This document shows positions 1 through 12,437 of a DNA stretch of 64,000 bases, in pieces. How positions within the stretch are numbered: the stretch's first letter is position 1; every line of letters starts with the position of its first letter. Source of the DNA: Calcarisporiella thermophila CBS 279.70 (taxonomy: Eukaryota > Fungi > Calcarisporiellomycota); contig NW_027192194.1 of assembly GCF_041956535.1 (NCBI RefSeq), positions 684,760 to 748,759 of the forward strand, written 5' to 3'. A program made the position numbers and the translations under genes. The notes under the pieces are model-generated. The model made no database searches. It saw only the letters and a list, made by a program, of their open reading frames with translations, and was not told where the DNA came from.

Positions 1-1
1 G

Positions 2-106
2 GCCGCGGCTGCTGCAGCATCGGCTTCGGTGGAGGTCGATGGCCGAGAATCTACATTTGAGATCCATGATGGTGCGGGGGCATCCGCTCACCATCACGGG
101 TGGTAG
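2..106 (+). CDS. 3' end of an upstream gene (partial), product unknown
   Basis: Open frame AAAAAASASVEVDGRESTFEIHDGAGASAHHHGW* ending at TAG 104-106. GC-rich, followed by a T-rich 3'UTR-like tract. Confidence 0.55.
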   Translation, partial: AAAAAASASVEVDGRESTFEIHDGAGASAHHHGW

Positions 107-601
107 GATCGCTTATCGTTTTTTTTTCCTTTCGCATGTAAATATTGGTTTGCCGTTTACTATTGTTCTTTTCCCTCCCTCTCCATCCCTCCTCTCCCTC
201 TCCCTCCCCCTCCCCCCTCTCTCTACCGATACTCTATTTTATTGAGATTAATTTTGGTAATTCCTCACTGTGATTCTATTTTCGCATTCTCTCATCCTCA
301 CCAAAAAACGCTAGATCCAATACGACATCCTTTTATTCCATAAAATAAAATAAAAAAATTACAAAAATACTCTAAAACATGCAAACGTTTATAAAGTAAA
401 AAAAAGGGGGGAGGGAAAGGAGGGGCTAGAGAGCTAGCAAAACAAAAATGAAGCATCATAAAAAGATATGGCGAAAGGAAGCAGCATGAAAGTATAGAAT
501 CACCCTTGTTCATAAAAATAAATCCAGGATGGATATTTATTTTAGCATTGCGTTGATTGCATAGGTGATGAAGAGGAGGAGAATCAAAAAGGGTTGCCAG
601 T

Positions 602-1924
602 TTACTGCTGCGAGCACTGGACGCCGGGCTGCCCGTCCCCCATCTCCTCGTCTTCGTCATCCGCCCCATTTTCCATTCTTGCCTGTGCTCTGCTCTGCTG
701 CCCTGCGTCCAACACACCCAATACAGCCTCCTCTACATGCTTGTCCTTGCCAACAGAGGGGAGCTCACGGCGCGGCGGCAGTATGCTCTCGAGCTTAACG
801 ATTTTGTCGGGGGAGGTCCAGTTGGGTGCGGGGAATTCCACATCAAACTTCACGTACAAGTTCCCGTGCTGATGTGTGCGATGCTGAGGCATACCCTCTC
901 CGCTGATAACCTTGATGTCTCCCGGGCGGATAACCTCGCCCGGCAAAATGCTCACTGCCAGTACCCGGTCATCCAGGTGCTCCACATGGAACTGGCCTCC
1001 GGCGAGGGCGGTTAGCAGATCGATCTTCACCTCACAGAACAGATCGTCGCCCTTGCGCTTGAAGCGCGGATGCGGCTTCTCTTCTAGGACAATGATAACG
1101 TCTCCAGGTACGATACCGGGCATCTGGTCGCCCTCGCCGGAGAACGTGATCTTTTGACCCTCACGCATACCCTTGTCAATGTGCACCTCGAGAACCTTGC
1201 GCTCATTCACAATCTTCTTTCCGTTACACTGCTTGCATCGGTCTTTATCGCGGATCACTTCGCCCTCGCCCCGGCAGTCTGGGCAAGTCTGCTGGATCTG
1301 CTGCACCAACGGGCCCATCTGCCGCAATGTAATCTTCACACCACGACCTTGACATCCACCGCACGTCTGCACGGCTCCTTCTTTGCCACCTTTACCGTCG
1401 CACTTGGAACAGATAACATGCTTCTGCAGTGCAAGTTTTGACGTCTTTCCCTTATATAGGTCTTCAAGCGAGACTTTGAGAGCGTGTGCCATGTCTTTGC
1501 CACGCTGAGGTCCTGACGGTCCACGACGACCGGCCCCTCCGAAACCTCCGAAACCTCCGAACAACTGGCTGAAGAGATCCTCGGGAGATACACCGCCACC
1601 CATTCCATCGCCTTGCAGCCCACTCTCACCATACTGGTCGTAGATTTGTCTTTTCCGTTCGTCTGAAAGGATCTCGTAAGCATGAGAGATTTCTTTGAAC
1701 TTATCACCTGCTTCAGGGTTCTGTTGAGATTGTGAGAGGAAGAGAGAGAAGAAGAGGAAAACAATTAAGGATCATCAGAAGATTAGGTCGCGATCTAATT
1801 TCCTGTAACAAACCTTATCTGGGTGGTATTTCAAAGCAAGTTTACGGTAGGCCTTCTTGATATCTGATTCAGATGCATTGGGAGAGACCCCAAGTTGGTC
1901 ATAATATTTTGTTTCCCTAACCAT
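602..1924 (-). CDS. YDJ1: Type I Hsp40/DnaJ co-chaperone (Ydj1/Mas5), 2 exons
   Basis: MVRETKYYD...LKYHPDK J-domain with an intron after HPDK, G/F-rich region, four CxxCxGxG-type repeats, C-terminal CaaX (CSQQ). Confidence 0.96.
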
Positions 1925-2233
1925 GATGTTATTGTTTTGTAGAGGAGGAGAGAAAGAGGAGATTGATTAGATTTAAAAAAAGAAAAAGGGGGGAAGAGAG
2001 GGGAAATTATATCAAGTATTTTTGAAATAAAGAAGAGAGAAATGTTAGGTAGGAAGAAAAAAATATTTATAAACAATAGAAAACGAAAGAAGTTTGAAGA
2101 AAGCTCCAGAGATTGGTTTAAATTTTATCTCTGTTTCTCTACTCAAATTGGGCTTACTATTAAAATTCAGTCTTGAGAGTGAGACTACTTACTCCATTTG
2201 GATGGTAAGAGTTTGGACGAAAAGGCTCGTTGC

Positions 2234-2243
2234 CGAACGTTCT
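2234..2243. promoter_or_regulatory. Possible heat-shock element (nGAAnnTTCn)
   Basis: cGAAcgTTCt about 310 bp upstream of the YDJ1 ATG. Only two pentamer units. Confidence 0.35.
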
Positions 2244-3541
2244 ACACTGTGTATACATCCTCCGAGCTGCTTCGCTCAACGAAGAACCTCTTTAGTAATA
2301 CAGTCATCTCTAATGGTTGGGATGTAGCACTATTAGGAGAGATTTTCCGCTAGCTCTATGACCTCATTCTATGATCTTCGCATACTCCATCAAATTGACT
2401 CACCCATTGGCCGTGCAAGTTGTGCACGCAAGTAGACCACCGTGTCAACAGGAATCCGGGGTAGCCTGCTTGGCCCGCCCTTGCTCTTGCAGAATCTGTG
2501 GATCATATTTGAGTAGCTCAAAATTGCCTCATATTAATGAATCTTGTGTTCTGAGTAGTGGTATTCTTTTAAACCCAATGAATTTGATGTCGATCTTAGT
2601 AAAGTACTTACGGATTTTGCCACTCCACAATCATTACTCAAAGTTACTTCGATCATAAGGTACTTGCGAGCTTTGTGTAAATTTTCTGGGTCATGGTAAT
2701 GCTTTCAAGTTCACAAAGGACCTGCATCTTTATGAGCGAATCTTCTTGGTTCTTTAACGTCATGCTCTAAATTGAAATTATCTCAAGCTATAATAACATT
2801 GTATAACCATGAGGTTTATTTGTGCGTCTTTTGGCCGATGTATTTTCGAAGATAGGGGATTCTAGCACTCCTTATTGCCTTTTTTCTTCGCACGGTTGAA
2901 TATCCCTGCCCATCCTCTTCGATTATTGCGATCTTTTGAGAGTGCCTGACTAGAGGTTATTTTTTCTGGTTATCTAGAAGCACTATCACTTATAGAAAGC
3001 ATGGAGCAGTGCTGGATTTTCCTTTCTTTCTCAGCTCATGGCGCTTGCGTGGATGCCAGCATGTACCATATTGATAACACGGACAAATAATGCTATTCAA
3101 AGCTTCTTCAGTCAGGCACTTGGCATAGTTGTTGCCACTGATTGCATTGAGGCTGTCCATCCTCCAATCACTAAGCTCTTTGAGTTGAAATCTACTTGCC
3201 TTGGACAATTTCAAATTGAACTCTTCCATCAGCGTCAAGCCAAGGAAACAAAGAAATATGGCAACCTCTTCGTTTAATCATATGCTCGTGGTTTATTTCT
3301 CCGGTGGATCCAGGACGAGGGATCCTTGTGCCAAGATCTCAATCATATCGATTTGATTTTGACATCATACTCCTAGACCATACACGCTTGCTTTTATGGC
3401 GCTCTCTAAAATAGAAATGTTCGAGAAGAATCCCGTTTTCCAATTGCATTCGACGAATATCAGTTGACGCCAATATAAAAACCCCACGCTTTTCTATTTC
3501 TTTTTCTCCCACACGCCAATCCACTTCTCTACTGATTCATC

Positions 3542-5527
3542 ATGGAAAAAGGACAGCAACATCAACCAAAACACGATCAGCCTACTGCAGGCACCGGCAC
3601 AGGTAACTCAAACACCTCGAGTACGGGTGGCCTCAAGTCGAAAATCACACTTCCCCAGGTCAATCTCTCGAGGATTACGCATGACTTCCGTGCTCAATTC
3701 CATAAGCTGGATACGCGGAATGTAGACACTCGTGATCTTCAGGTGTTTCTCAATGACGAGAAGAGCGTACTTGGGTCATTGCGGGATCAAGTGTACCTAA
3801 ATTGCGCTTTGAATTTCTAAAGTGTCCATTGATTTAACTCTTTCTTTTCACAGCTATGCCCATAGAAACGCGGCAAAGAATATTGTGGTATGGGGTCAGA
3901 AGGAGGGAGAGGATATTGCAGATGTAACTTCTAGGTTGGGGCAGGTAATGTTAGAGATTTGAAATTTAACACTCGAAACTTCTCAAAAATCTCATTGGAG
4001 TTTTCTTCCAATAGCTAATGGATATGATGGCTGATGTACAAGAAAAGTATTCAAGTAAGTATATACTTGCTTGTCTTTGATGACTTCTTCAAGTAACATA
4101 GAATTCCCGTTTTGATAGAGAATTATGAGCTTTACCGTTCTTCTCTCAAAGCTATCCGTACGCGAGAAAATGCGCTCGGAGAACATCGCGAAAAAGTGCG
4201 CAAAATTCGCAGCCAAATTGCAAGCCTTAAGAAATCCAATCCATCTTCGCACAAGCTCCCGGATCTTGAGGATGACCTGCGCGTGTTGGAGTCAGACAAG
4301 GAGCACGCAAATAAAGAGCGAGGTACGTGATTATGTTGATGTAACTACTTGCCTAGTGTGTCTCATTCGTTTTCGTTTTTAGAGCTCGCTGCTTTCAAAC
4401 GCTATGCCCTGCGTGAAGCCTGTTATCTCCATTTTCTAGCCACTTATGAATATGCTGAGAAGATTTCGATGGTCTCTGGCTTCGCGCGACAGCTGGGCGA
4501 TGTCCTCGTTACTGATCCTGCTCCGGAGGGAGCATCGCACCCTCCTTACATCGGAGCGGAGAAGACGAGTCAAATCGTTACGGATTGTAAAGCTGCACTC
4601 GACAGTTGGCAACCGCCAGAATGGAAACAAGAGGGCGGAGGTGGCGTACCATCCTCTGAATTCCACCAACAACTGCAAGAATCGCCTGCGACTCCGACTG
4701 AGGAAATCGGGCGGCTCCAGTTAGGTGGGGAGCATGGGTATCCCGCCGATCAGAAGGTACCTCATGATCAACCACCTCAGCAACAACAGCCATCCTCACA
4801 AGCGCCTCCACCGCCACTGCCTTACCGTCCACAAGGGTCCTCTTTCGTCAGTATTGGACCGGATGGGAAGCTTCAACCAAGTCAGCCTGAACACCCACAA
4901 CCTCCACAGCAAACACAACCTCCACAGCAAACACAACCTCCACAACAACCACAGCAACCACAGCAACCTCAGCAACCTCAGCAACCTCAGCAACCTCAAC
5001 TGCCTCAGCAACCTCAGAACTATGGCTCTAGCAACAGCAGTGGAAGAGTACAAGGACCGCAGTATCTATATAAAACACCAGAAGAATATTTCCAAGGTCA
5101 GTATCCTCCACCAGAGGATTATAGTGGCGATGCGCAATACCAAGAGCCTCCGCCCCACGGTTACCATGATGCGGCCGCCGGACAATTCCATTCGCAACCT
5201 CCCTACGATCATCAACCATACCAGTACTCACAGCAACACCCGCATGCATATCAGCACCAAAGCGCCCAACCCCCTCCCTATGAGCATGCCAGTGGTCCTG
5301 GAGGTTTTCGAGTACCACCACCTCTTTCCGCAGAGGAAGAGAAACGGCGATTGGCGCAGCAAGAAGAGGAAGAATTGCGCCGCGCCCGTGCTGGAAAGCA
5401 GCCGCAACGTCAGCCAACAGACCCCTTTGCGGATCCAGCAGAAGGCTCCGCAGAGCAAGGACAAGTGCCAAGCGAAGGCCAGACTTTTGAAAATTCCCAT
5501 CACAAACCTGAGGAACGGAAGCTGTGA
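3542..5527 (+). CDS. Eisosome Pil1/Lsp1-family BAR-domain protein with long P/Q-rich C-terminal tail, multi-exon
   Basis: Spliced exons give WGQKEGEDIADVTSRLGQ, YRSSLKAIRTRE and FKRYALREA...EYAEK, which match Pil1/Lsp1 motifs. Confidence 0.8.
4892..5017 (+). repeat. Coding tandem repeats: about 3 x 18-bp (PPQQTQ) then 9-bp PQQ units
   Basis: cacaacctccacagcaaa repeated, then cagcaacc(a/t) units. Confidence 0.85.
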
Positions 5528-5934
5528 AAGGGGCAGAGGAAAAGAAGGGCTAATATCCCGCATTCATCTTTTTACTTATCAGAAACAAGCTTATCGATAA
5601 ATATTCATAATTTCTTGCTTACTATTTCTTGTTATCTGGAATATATTTTTTCTTTTCTCAACGACATTGAAGAATGTAACCCTATTTTGGACTGTTCAGG
5701 AACGGCTCCTCGTTGAGTCTTCTCTCTTTTATTGATTTAGCAAATCGATAAAAAAAAGAGAAAAAAGAAAAGCAGACCTAGATTGATAGGAGGGTGAGAA
5801 AGAAATTAAGAGTAAATAAGCAGAATTCTACGCTTATTTGCATGAAGGTGGGAAAACGCATTTACCAATGGCGAAAAAAAAAAAGCAAAATTAAATAGAG
5901 GAAATAGATAATAAATTATATTGGAATAAATAGA

Positions 5935-6942
5935 CTAGTAGAGGAACATAAGGCCTGCGAGCACGGCGGCAAAGACGGATGTCACTGCCGAAGCCGAGAC
6001 TACGGAAGCAGCCCCAACCAAGCCCATTGCGCTACCTGCGGTCTGGTAAGGTTGCTTAACGAGCTGAGTGTAGCCGTTGGAGTCGATGACAGTTTGGACG
6101 ACCACATCCGCAGGGAGTTCTCCTTGGTCGGGGAAAGGCACTTGTTGCGGCGCATCCGCCTGGGCGGGTTCAGGGACGTTGGCGGTGGCGGTCACCTGGA
6201 CAACATGCTGGGTAACGGTCTGGACATTCACTTGGGGCTTCTGCTGCACAGGAACGACTACCGTCGTAGTGGGGGTAGCAGCAGTCGTGGTAGTGGGGGA
6301 GACAACCGAGGAGGAGGAGGAGGAGGAAGCGGCGGAAGAGGAAGACGAAGACGAAGACGAAGACGAAGAGGAGGCGGAAGAAGAGGAGCGAGCAGGAATA
6401 GAGGTCAAGCCAACAGAGGGAATTTGGGTGCCCGAAGCTGAAGCGGTTGCGTTCAAGAGGAGGGAGGTGGCATTCACGAGCGCACTGGGCTCTGGGTTCT
6501 CAAGGCCGAGGCCGAGGCCATTTTTCTTTCCCTTTCCTTTCCCCTTTCCTTTCCCCTTCCCTTTTCCTTTGCCTTTACCCTTCTTCTCGTTCTTTGCGTT
6601 CGGGTTGGGTACAGGCTTAGGGATGGGGATGACTTCAGGCAACTCAATCTCCTTCTCCTTCTCCTTCTCTACCTCCTTTTTCTCCTCCACGGGGGTCTCG
6701 TCGTTAACTTTAGGGACATTATCGCCCGCGTTTTCAGGCTTCGGGTTAACGTCTACAACATCAGCGCGCTTTGCAAAGGAGACTCCAACTATCATTCATT
6801 AGTAATAGGGTAAGTGATAAGCCCATCTTGCCACGGATGGAAAAGATGATAATATACCCAGCGCTTCATTTGAAGCGGGAGCCTCAGCGGATGCGAGCGT
6901 GGCGACGGCAAGCGAGGCAAGAAGGAAGAATTTCAAATTCAT
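5935..6942 (-). CDS. Secreted Ser/Thr-rich, probably GPI-anchored cell-surface protein, 2 exons
   Basis: Signal peptide MNLKFFLLASLAVATLASA, intron GTATAT..GATAG, KR site (AKRAD), (KG)n tract, poly-Ser/Thr and hydrophobic C-terminus. Confidence 0.8.
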
Positions 6943-7955
6943 TGTTCCACAAGAATAAAGGGAATGAGCAGAAGGAACGAGTAGGGAGACGGATGGAAGT
7001 AAGAATGATGTTAAGGGAGAAGGATTACGCGAGGTTATAAGAGCGAGGATAAAGGAGTGCAAAAAAAAAAAATGTTCTGACGAGTGAGTAAGAAAGGAAA
7101 AAGAGAGTTGAGTAAGAACTCGAGCTAATATGGCAAAGCCAGAGTGATACGCAATTACAGAACAAAATGTCGTACAAGATAACCTTAACGCGGCGAGCGC
7201 ATTTACTCCATAGGCCACGTGTAACCTCCACTCTTAGTTGGTCTAAGCCGCGTTCGCAAACTCTATATTGGCATCATCAATCCTGTAAACAAGCCGGCAG
7301 GGAACTTGCGCCGGAGGTAATTAGGCCGTCATCCCCTCGAATGGCAGCTGGGATCGCATCGTTTCCAGTGTACATCCTATGTGTAGCCCAGCAACGTGGT
7401 GATATTGTGCGCGCAGGGTAGATTTCGGCCCGGGCGCATGCTCTCACCTTGGTATACAACTTCCTGAGAAGGTGGTCTGAGGGTGCTCGGCCCAAAGGCC
7501 AATTCATCTCCTTGATCAAATAGAGGACCTGTAAGCTTAGTGGCTCCACCCAGCAAATCCCCAATAAAGCCGCCCAGAAGCCGGCCCAGCTAGCTTGTTT
7601 ACAGTTTTGTGGGAGTTGCTATACACTGGCCAGTTGGCTTCTAGTGAGCTCCTTAAACCTCCGTATTTGAATCGGGCGTCATTGTAGAATATGAGTGGAA
7701 ACATCCACCTCGACCTGAATTATATTATAAATATTAATAGCGAAACTTACCATACAGCAATTACATATGAAGAACACAAACAGTGGAAAAGTGATGAACG
7801 AACAGTGAGAAAGAAGGTAAAAAAAGTCAAAGACAATACAGGAGCAAATAAGATTACCATAAACAAATCTAAAAAAAAACAAACAAGAGCACTTCAAGAA
7901 AGAGATTGTTCACATCTCAAAAGAACCAAATGCAATTATGATAAGCTGTATTATA

Positions 7956-10900
7956 TTAAATATAAGCATCATTTCTTGCGCGCACGGGTCCTCCTCCTCC
8001 TCCTCCACCATCACGCTGTGATCGATCATCCACCGACATATCCTCATTAGTGAAGTCACCTTCCGTGCGCTTCCGAATGGCTGTCCCAGAATCGGCGGGC
8101 GAGGTCGATCTTACGCTGTTCTCTTCTTTCTGCTGTTGCTGGGCTTGTGTAGAAGCAAACAGTTCATCCACATGCTGGATTATATACTCGACGGCCTTAT
8201 TCTTGCGGTTAATATCTGCAAGGTCACGTGCCGACTCAGAATCCCACATAAGGGTGGGGCCAAACACAACCGATAGATTCTTGGGCGACATGAGGTTGAT
8301 TTCGCTGAGCTTTTGGACTCGATCCAGATGGAGCATGAGGTAGCGGAAAGTCTTGTAATTTACAGGAGGTAGCTGCTGGATGAGGTTACGGAAGGTCTCG
8401 AGCTGCTTCTCCTCGTCTTCTATACCTATTTCAAAAAAAAAGGCAACGGTGTTCAATGTGTTGTAGAGAGACATGGATAAGTGAGCAGCTTACGGGTTGC
8501 GTCGATGAACTGCGTGTAGAGCTCAAAGGTAAGCAAAGGCTGAGGTAGCATTCGTAGGAAGGTTTTCAGCACGCTGGCAACCACACACACATCCAAATTC
8601 GGGTCGTTGAGATCTGGGTCTTCACCGTTGTCGAATGCAAGCTGCATGCTTTTCACAGAGGACGATCCGCCTGATTTTCGGTATATACCCTCGAAATCCA
8701 TGCCTCGCCGCTCCACCGCTTCTATGCACCGACGCAACACTAGTGGGACATCTTCAGTGCCAGATCCCACGAGCAATGTCAGCTCACAACCGAAAACTAG
8801 TACACCAGAGGGATAAGAACAAGAGCCTTGATTCATTGCAAGTTTGAGACACAAACCTCCACTCTTCGCAGATTCCAGTTCCTTTGCTGAATTTTTACTA
8901 ACCACACAGGTCGTGGGCGCTCTACGCACACATTTGGCGTGGACGGGCATTCCGCAAACTAAATGGAATAAAGGGATTTAGCCATCACGCATGCTTTCAC
9001 GACGAAATTCTAGTACGAACCTGCGCATCGATACTCTGCCAAGCCCCAGAGTTTGTCTCCACAAACTTCACATTTTACCCTTCTCAAGAAGGAAGTGGGA
9101 TTAAATTGGTGCTGACCATGATCGACAGCACGATCTCTTTGCGGGGGCTTCTCCTGGTACGAGGGCTGGTGAACCTGTTCCTGAAGGGGGGGCAGGTACT
9201 GAAGTTGCTGCGGCTGTGGCTGTAAGAGCGGCTTAGTCATTCCTTTCATTGCATCTCGAGCTATTGTGGAGAGAGCATTGAGTTATAATACAAGAGCAAT
9301 AGAGTAGCAAGCACGCGTGTTTACCTTTCTTCCACTTGAATTTGGCTTGGCTAATGCTATTAAATCGTTGTAGTGTTCCCACTCTTTGGAACTGTTCGTT
9401 CGATTTACGGCCATAAAACGTGCTTTGATCTGTAGGAGAAGAATGGAAAATTTCAGTAAGCTCATCGAGGAGAAATTCTGCATCCTTCTTTACGCACTTG
9501 AACTTATTGAGCTTTGTGAGTCTAATCTTTCGTACAAATCTCTATTTAGCTGGAGAATATCCTCGTTCTTTTGCCGTAGCACCAAGATTTCATGATCAAG
9601 CTCATCCCGCGTTTTCCGGCGCCACTCGATCTCTTGAAGTATTGTATCACGTTCTGCCATCAGAGTCCGCAGCTCCGAGAGGTAGAACGCTTTGAGCTGG
9701 TCCTGTGCAGAGTCTGAAAACTCGGAGTCACGACCAGTCAGCAGCTCCTGGAGCTCCCTAGATATCGCGTCACGTTGTCGCCGCAAATTCTCCACAGATG
9801 AAGAAATTTTCGTGTGTTCTGCGCGCATGTGCTCCACCTCCATCCGCACGCCATCATATCCATACTCGTCCCTTTCGAGCTGGATTGCCTGGAGTTCGGA
9901 TTTAAGGCGCAGCACCATTTGCTCTGCTTGCTGGCGAAGGGCAACTTCATTGGAAAACTCGTTCTTGACGCATTCAAACTCCTCCACAGCCTTACGACCC
10001 ACGGCCTGATTTCATGGATAGAAAGGGCGACATGTACTTGAGAGGTCAAAAACAAAAACAGAATCAAATAAAAACACTTATAAATATTACCTTGATCTTT
10101 TCGAAATTCGTTTCGGCCTCGTTCAATTTGTTTCGAAGAGATATGATCTCGTGTTTCAACTGCGGAATGTCGTCGGGGAGTGCGGAAGCATCCACGGGAC
10201 CCGGGGTGTTAGGCGTGGATAGAACGGAGTCATCTTGATAGAGGGGGGGAGCACGAATTTCCGTGGTGCTCTTGTTAAGTGAAAACCCGATCATGCTCAT
10301 TGAGAACCTCTTTGGAGAGGCCGTGGGCGGCTGTACATTGGATAGCGAGCTATGAGAGGAGATGGAAGACCGCCACCCGGCAATTCGGTCACTTCCCGTC
10401 GGACTATTGGGCACAGGCGTATTGACATTGAAAGAGGCACCGGGGAATCCAGCGCCAATATATCTACTTCGACGTTTGTCAGCGCGTGCTGAATCGGCCG
10501 TATTTTCGCCGTAGTCGAAGGAGAGGTCGAGCAGACGACTTAGGCGGTCGAAGGTGTTGATGCTTTCGTCGAATGAGAAGAACATGGACGTTTTGGGGGT
10601 GCGTGTTCCCTGGGGCAGATCAATGTAGCGGGAAACAAAATTGGAGGTGGTCGAGCTAATTGTTAATTGACGTCTCTCCTTGGACGCTACACCAGCCGCG
10701 GTAGCAGCAACTGAAGTCCCATCGGAGGACGGCTTGGGACTCTTTGGCAGTGATGCGAATTTTGTGTGTTTAGTAATGTTGTGGTTACCATCCTCTGACT
10801 GATATCCAGGGCTATCATTCTGGTCCGATTCATTTGCATGAGAAGATTCGTAGCGGTCTCCAGACAATATGGGGGAGTTTTCATCGGATGTAGATGGGAC

Positions 10901-12043
10901 CATTCCCATATGATAATCTCTGCGCGTCTGTGGACGCTGTGTAAGAAATTCAGAGATTTTTTTGGAAGAGGGCACCGCCCGTGTATCTCCATAGCGCGAC
11001 CGCCCACTTGTTGAACGTTTCAAGTCAAAGTCGTCCAGCTGGTGCATATTACTCAGTTGCGTTTCGGATAGAATAGCGGATTTGCGCTTGCTTTTAGGTG
11101 ATTGTAAGGCAGAATTCGGGCTCCCAACCGGTGAGCGTATCGGAGAGCGTAACGGTGAGGAAGAGGGGGAGCCCAGGATGTTAGCCCATGGGATACTCTC
11201 TCGGATCTTGGTAGAGTGTGGTGAAGGGCTAGGTGAGGGAATATGCCCGGATTTACTCAAAGGTAAATTTGTCAGCTCCTTTTCCCGTCGTTTGTGTAGC
11301 GGTTTTGTCTTTTCCGTCATCCTCTCTTTTTCTTCTGCTCTTCTTAGTTTCTCCTCCTTCTTTTTTGCGTAGCAGACAGTGCAATAAATGCCCTATGTAT
11401 TTTGAAAGAAAAAAAAAAATAGAATTAGGATTCAACCATATGCGAGGAGTAGCATTACTAACAACCGACCTTTGAGGTTTGTGTAAAAACCAGGTCTTCG
11501 ATCTGATTTTCGCATACAATGCATCGAAAGCAGTCGGCATGGTAAGCATCCTCGCCGGTCATAATAGCAGCATCTTGTATTGATTTGCCGCAACTTCGGC
11601 AATTGTACGAGCAGTTCTCACATATTGGCGAGCCGTTGGAGAGCAGTAGGAGATTGGAGTCACATTCGACAATTTGTCTGCATTTCGCACAACGAAAGCT
11701 AACAAACACCATTCCACGGTTTAATAGAAACCCCAAAATGTATTAGCATTTTGTATTCTTGGTTGAAGGCTTACCAGTCGATGTGCCAGATGCCGTCTCC
11801 AAATGATACCACCGATCCTTCTTCAATAAGCTCGCCACATCCCCTGCACTGGGCGTCCTGCTCCTCCTCGATTGGCGTGTCTTTGGCCTCCAGACTAAAA
11901 ATTGGACTTCAGATTTTGGTTGATGAAAATGAATAGCAGGCAAAATGGCACAAAAACAGGCGACGAAACCAAGATCAAAAAGGAAAACATAAATGAGACA
12001 TGGATGTAGCCACAAACCTTTCCAAGATCACGCTCTCTCGCAT
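7956..12043 (-). CDS. LIM-domain RhoGAP with coiled coil and C1 domain (Rga1/Rga2-like), multi-exon
   Basis: N-terminal LIMs (CRGC...WHIDC, CAKC, CRSC, HADCFRCIVC), C1 domain (HQF...CEVC...HAKC), RhoGAP motifs GIYRKSG and NLMSPKNLSVVFGPTL. Confidence 0.9.
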
Positions 12044-12437
12044 CCTATATGATTGTGTGAGCGTTATATTGCGTTGATGATGGTGAAGAGAAAAGCGGCT
12101 GCAAAAAAGCTAGGATCTCGAGTTGAACAGTATTTTCCGAGCAATTTTTTGGATGAGCAAGGGACGCACAAAGTTGTGGATTGGCCACGGATCGAATGCT
12201 CTTTTGGTCGAGTTTAGGGAAATCGTTCAGGGCTAGTACCCTAGAAGCCTGTCATTGGCTTGCCAGCGAGTGTTTTAATGCCTTAATTAAAGTATATAAA
12301 TTAAGTGTGCAAAGTATAAGACCGGGGTTTAAGACGCGTTGATGAAAATAATAAATCTTTATTTAAAACAATTAAAGAAAGCTAGAATTTCCCGTTTTTT
12401 ATTTTATTTTCTTCTCTATCATTCACGGGCAGCCGCA

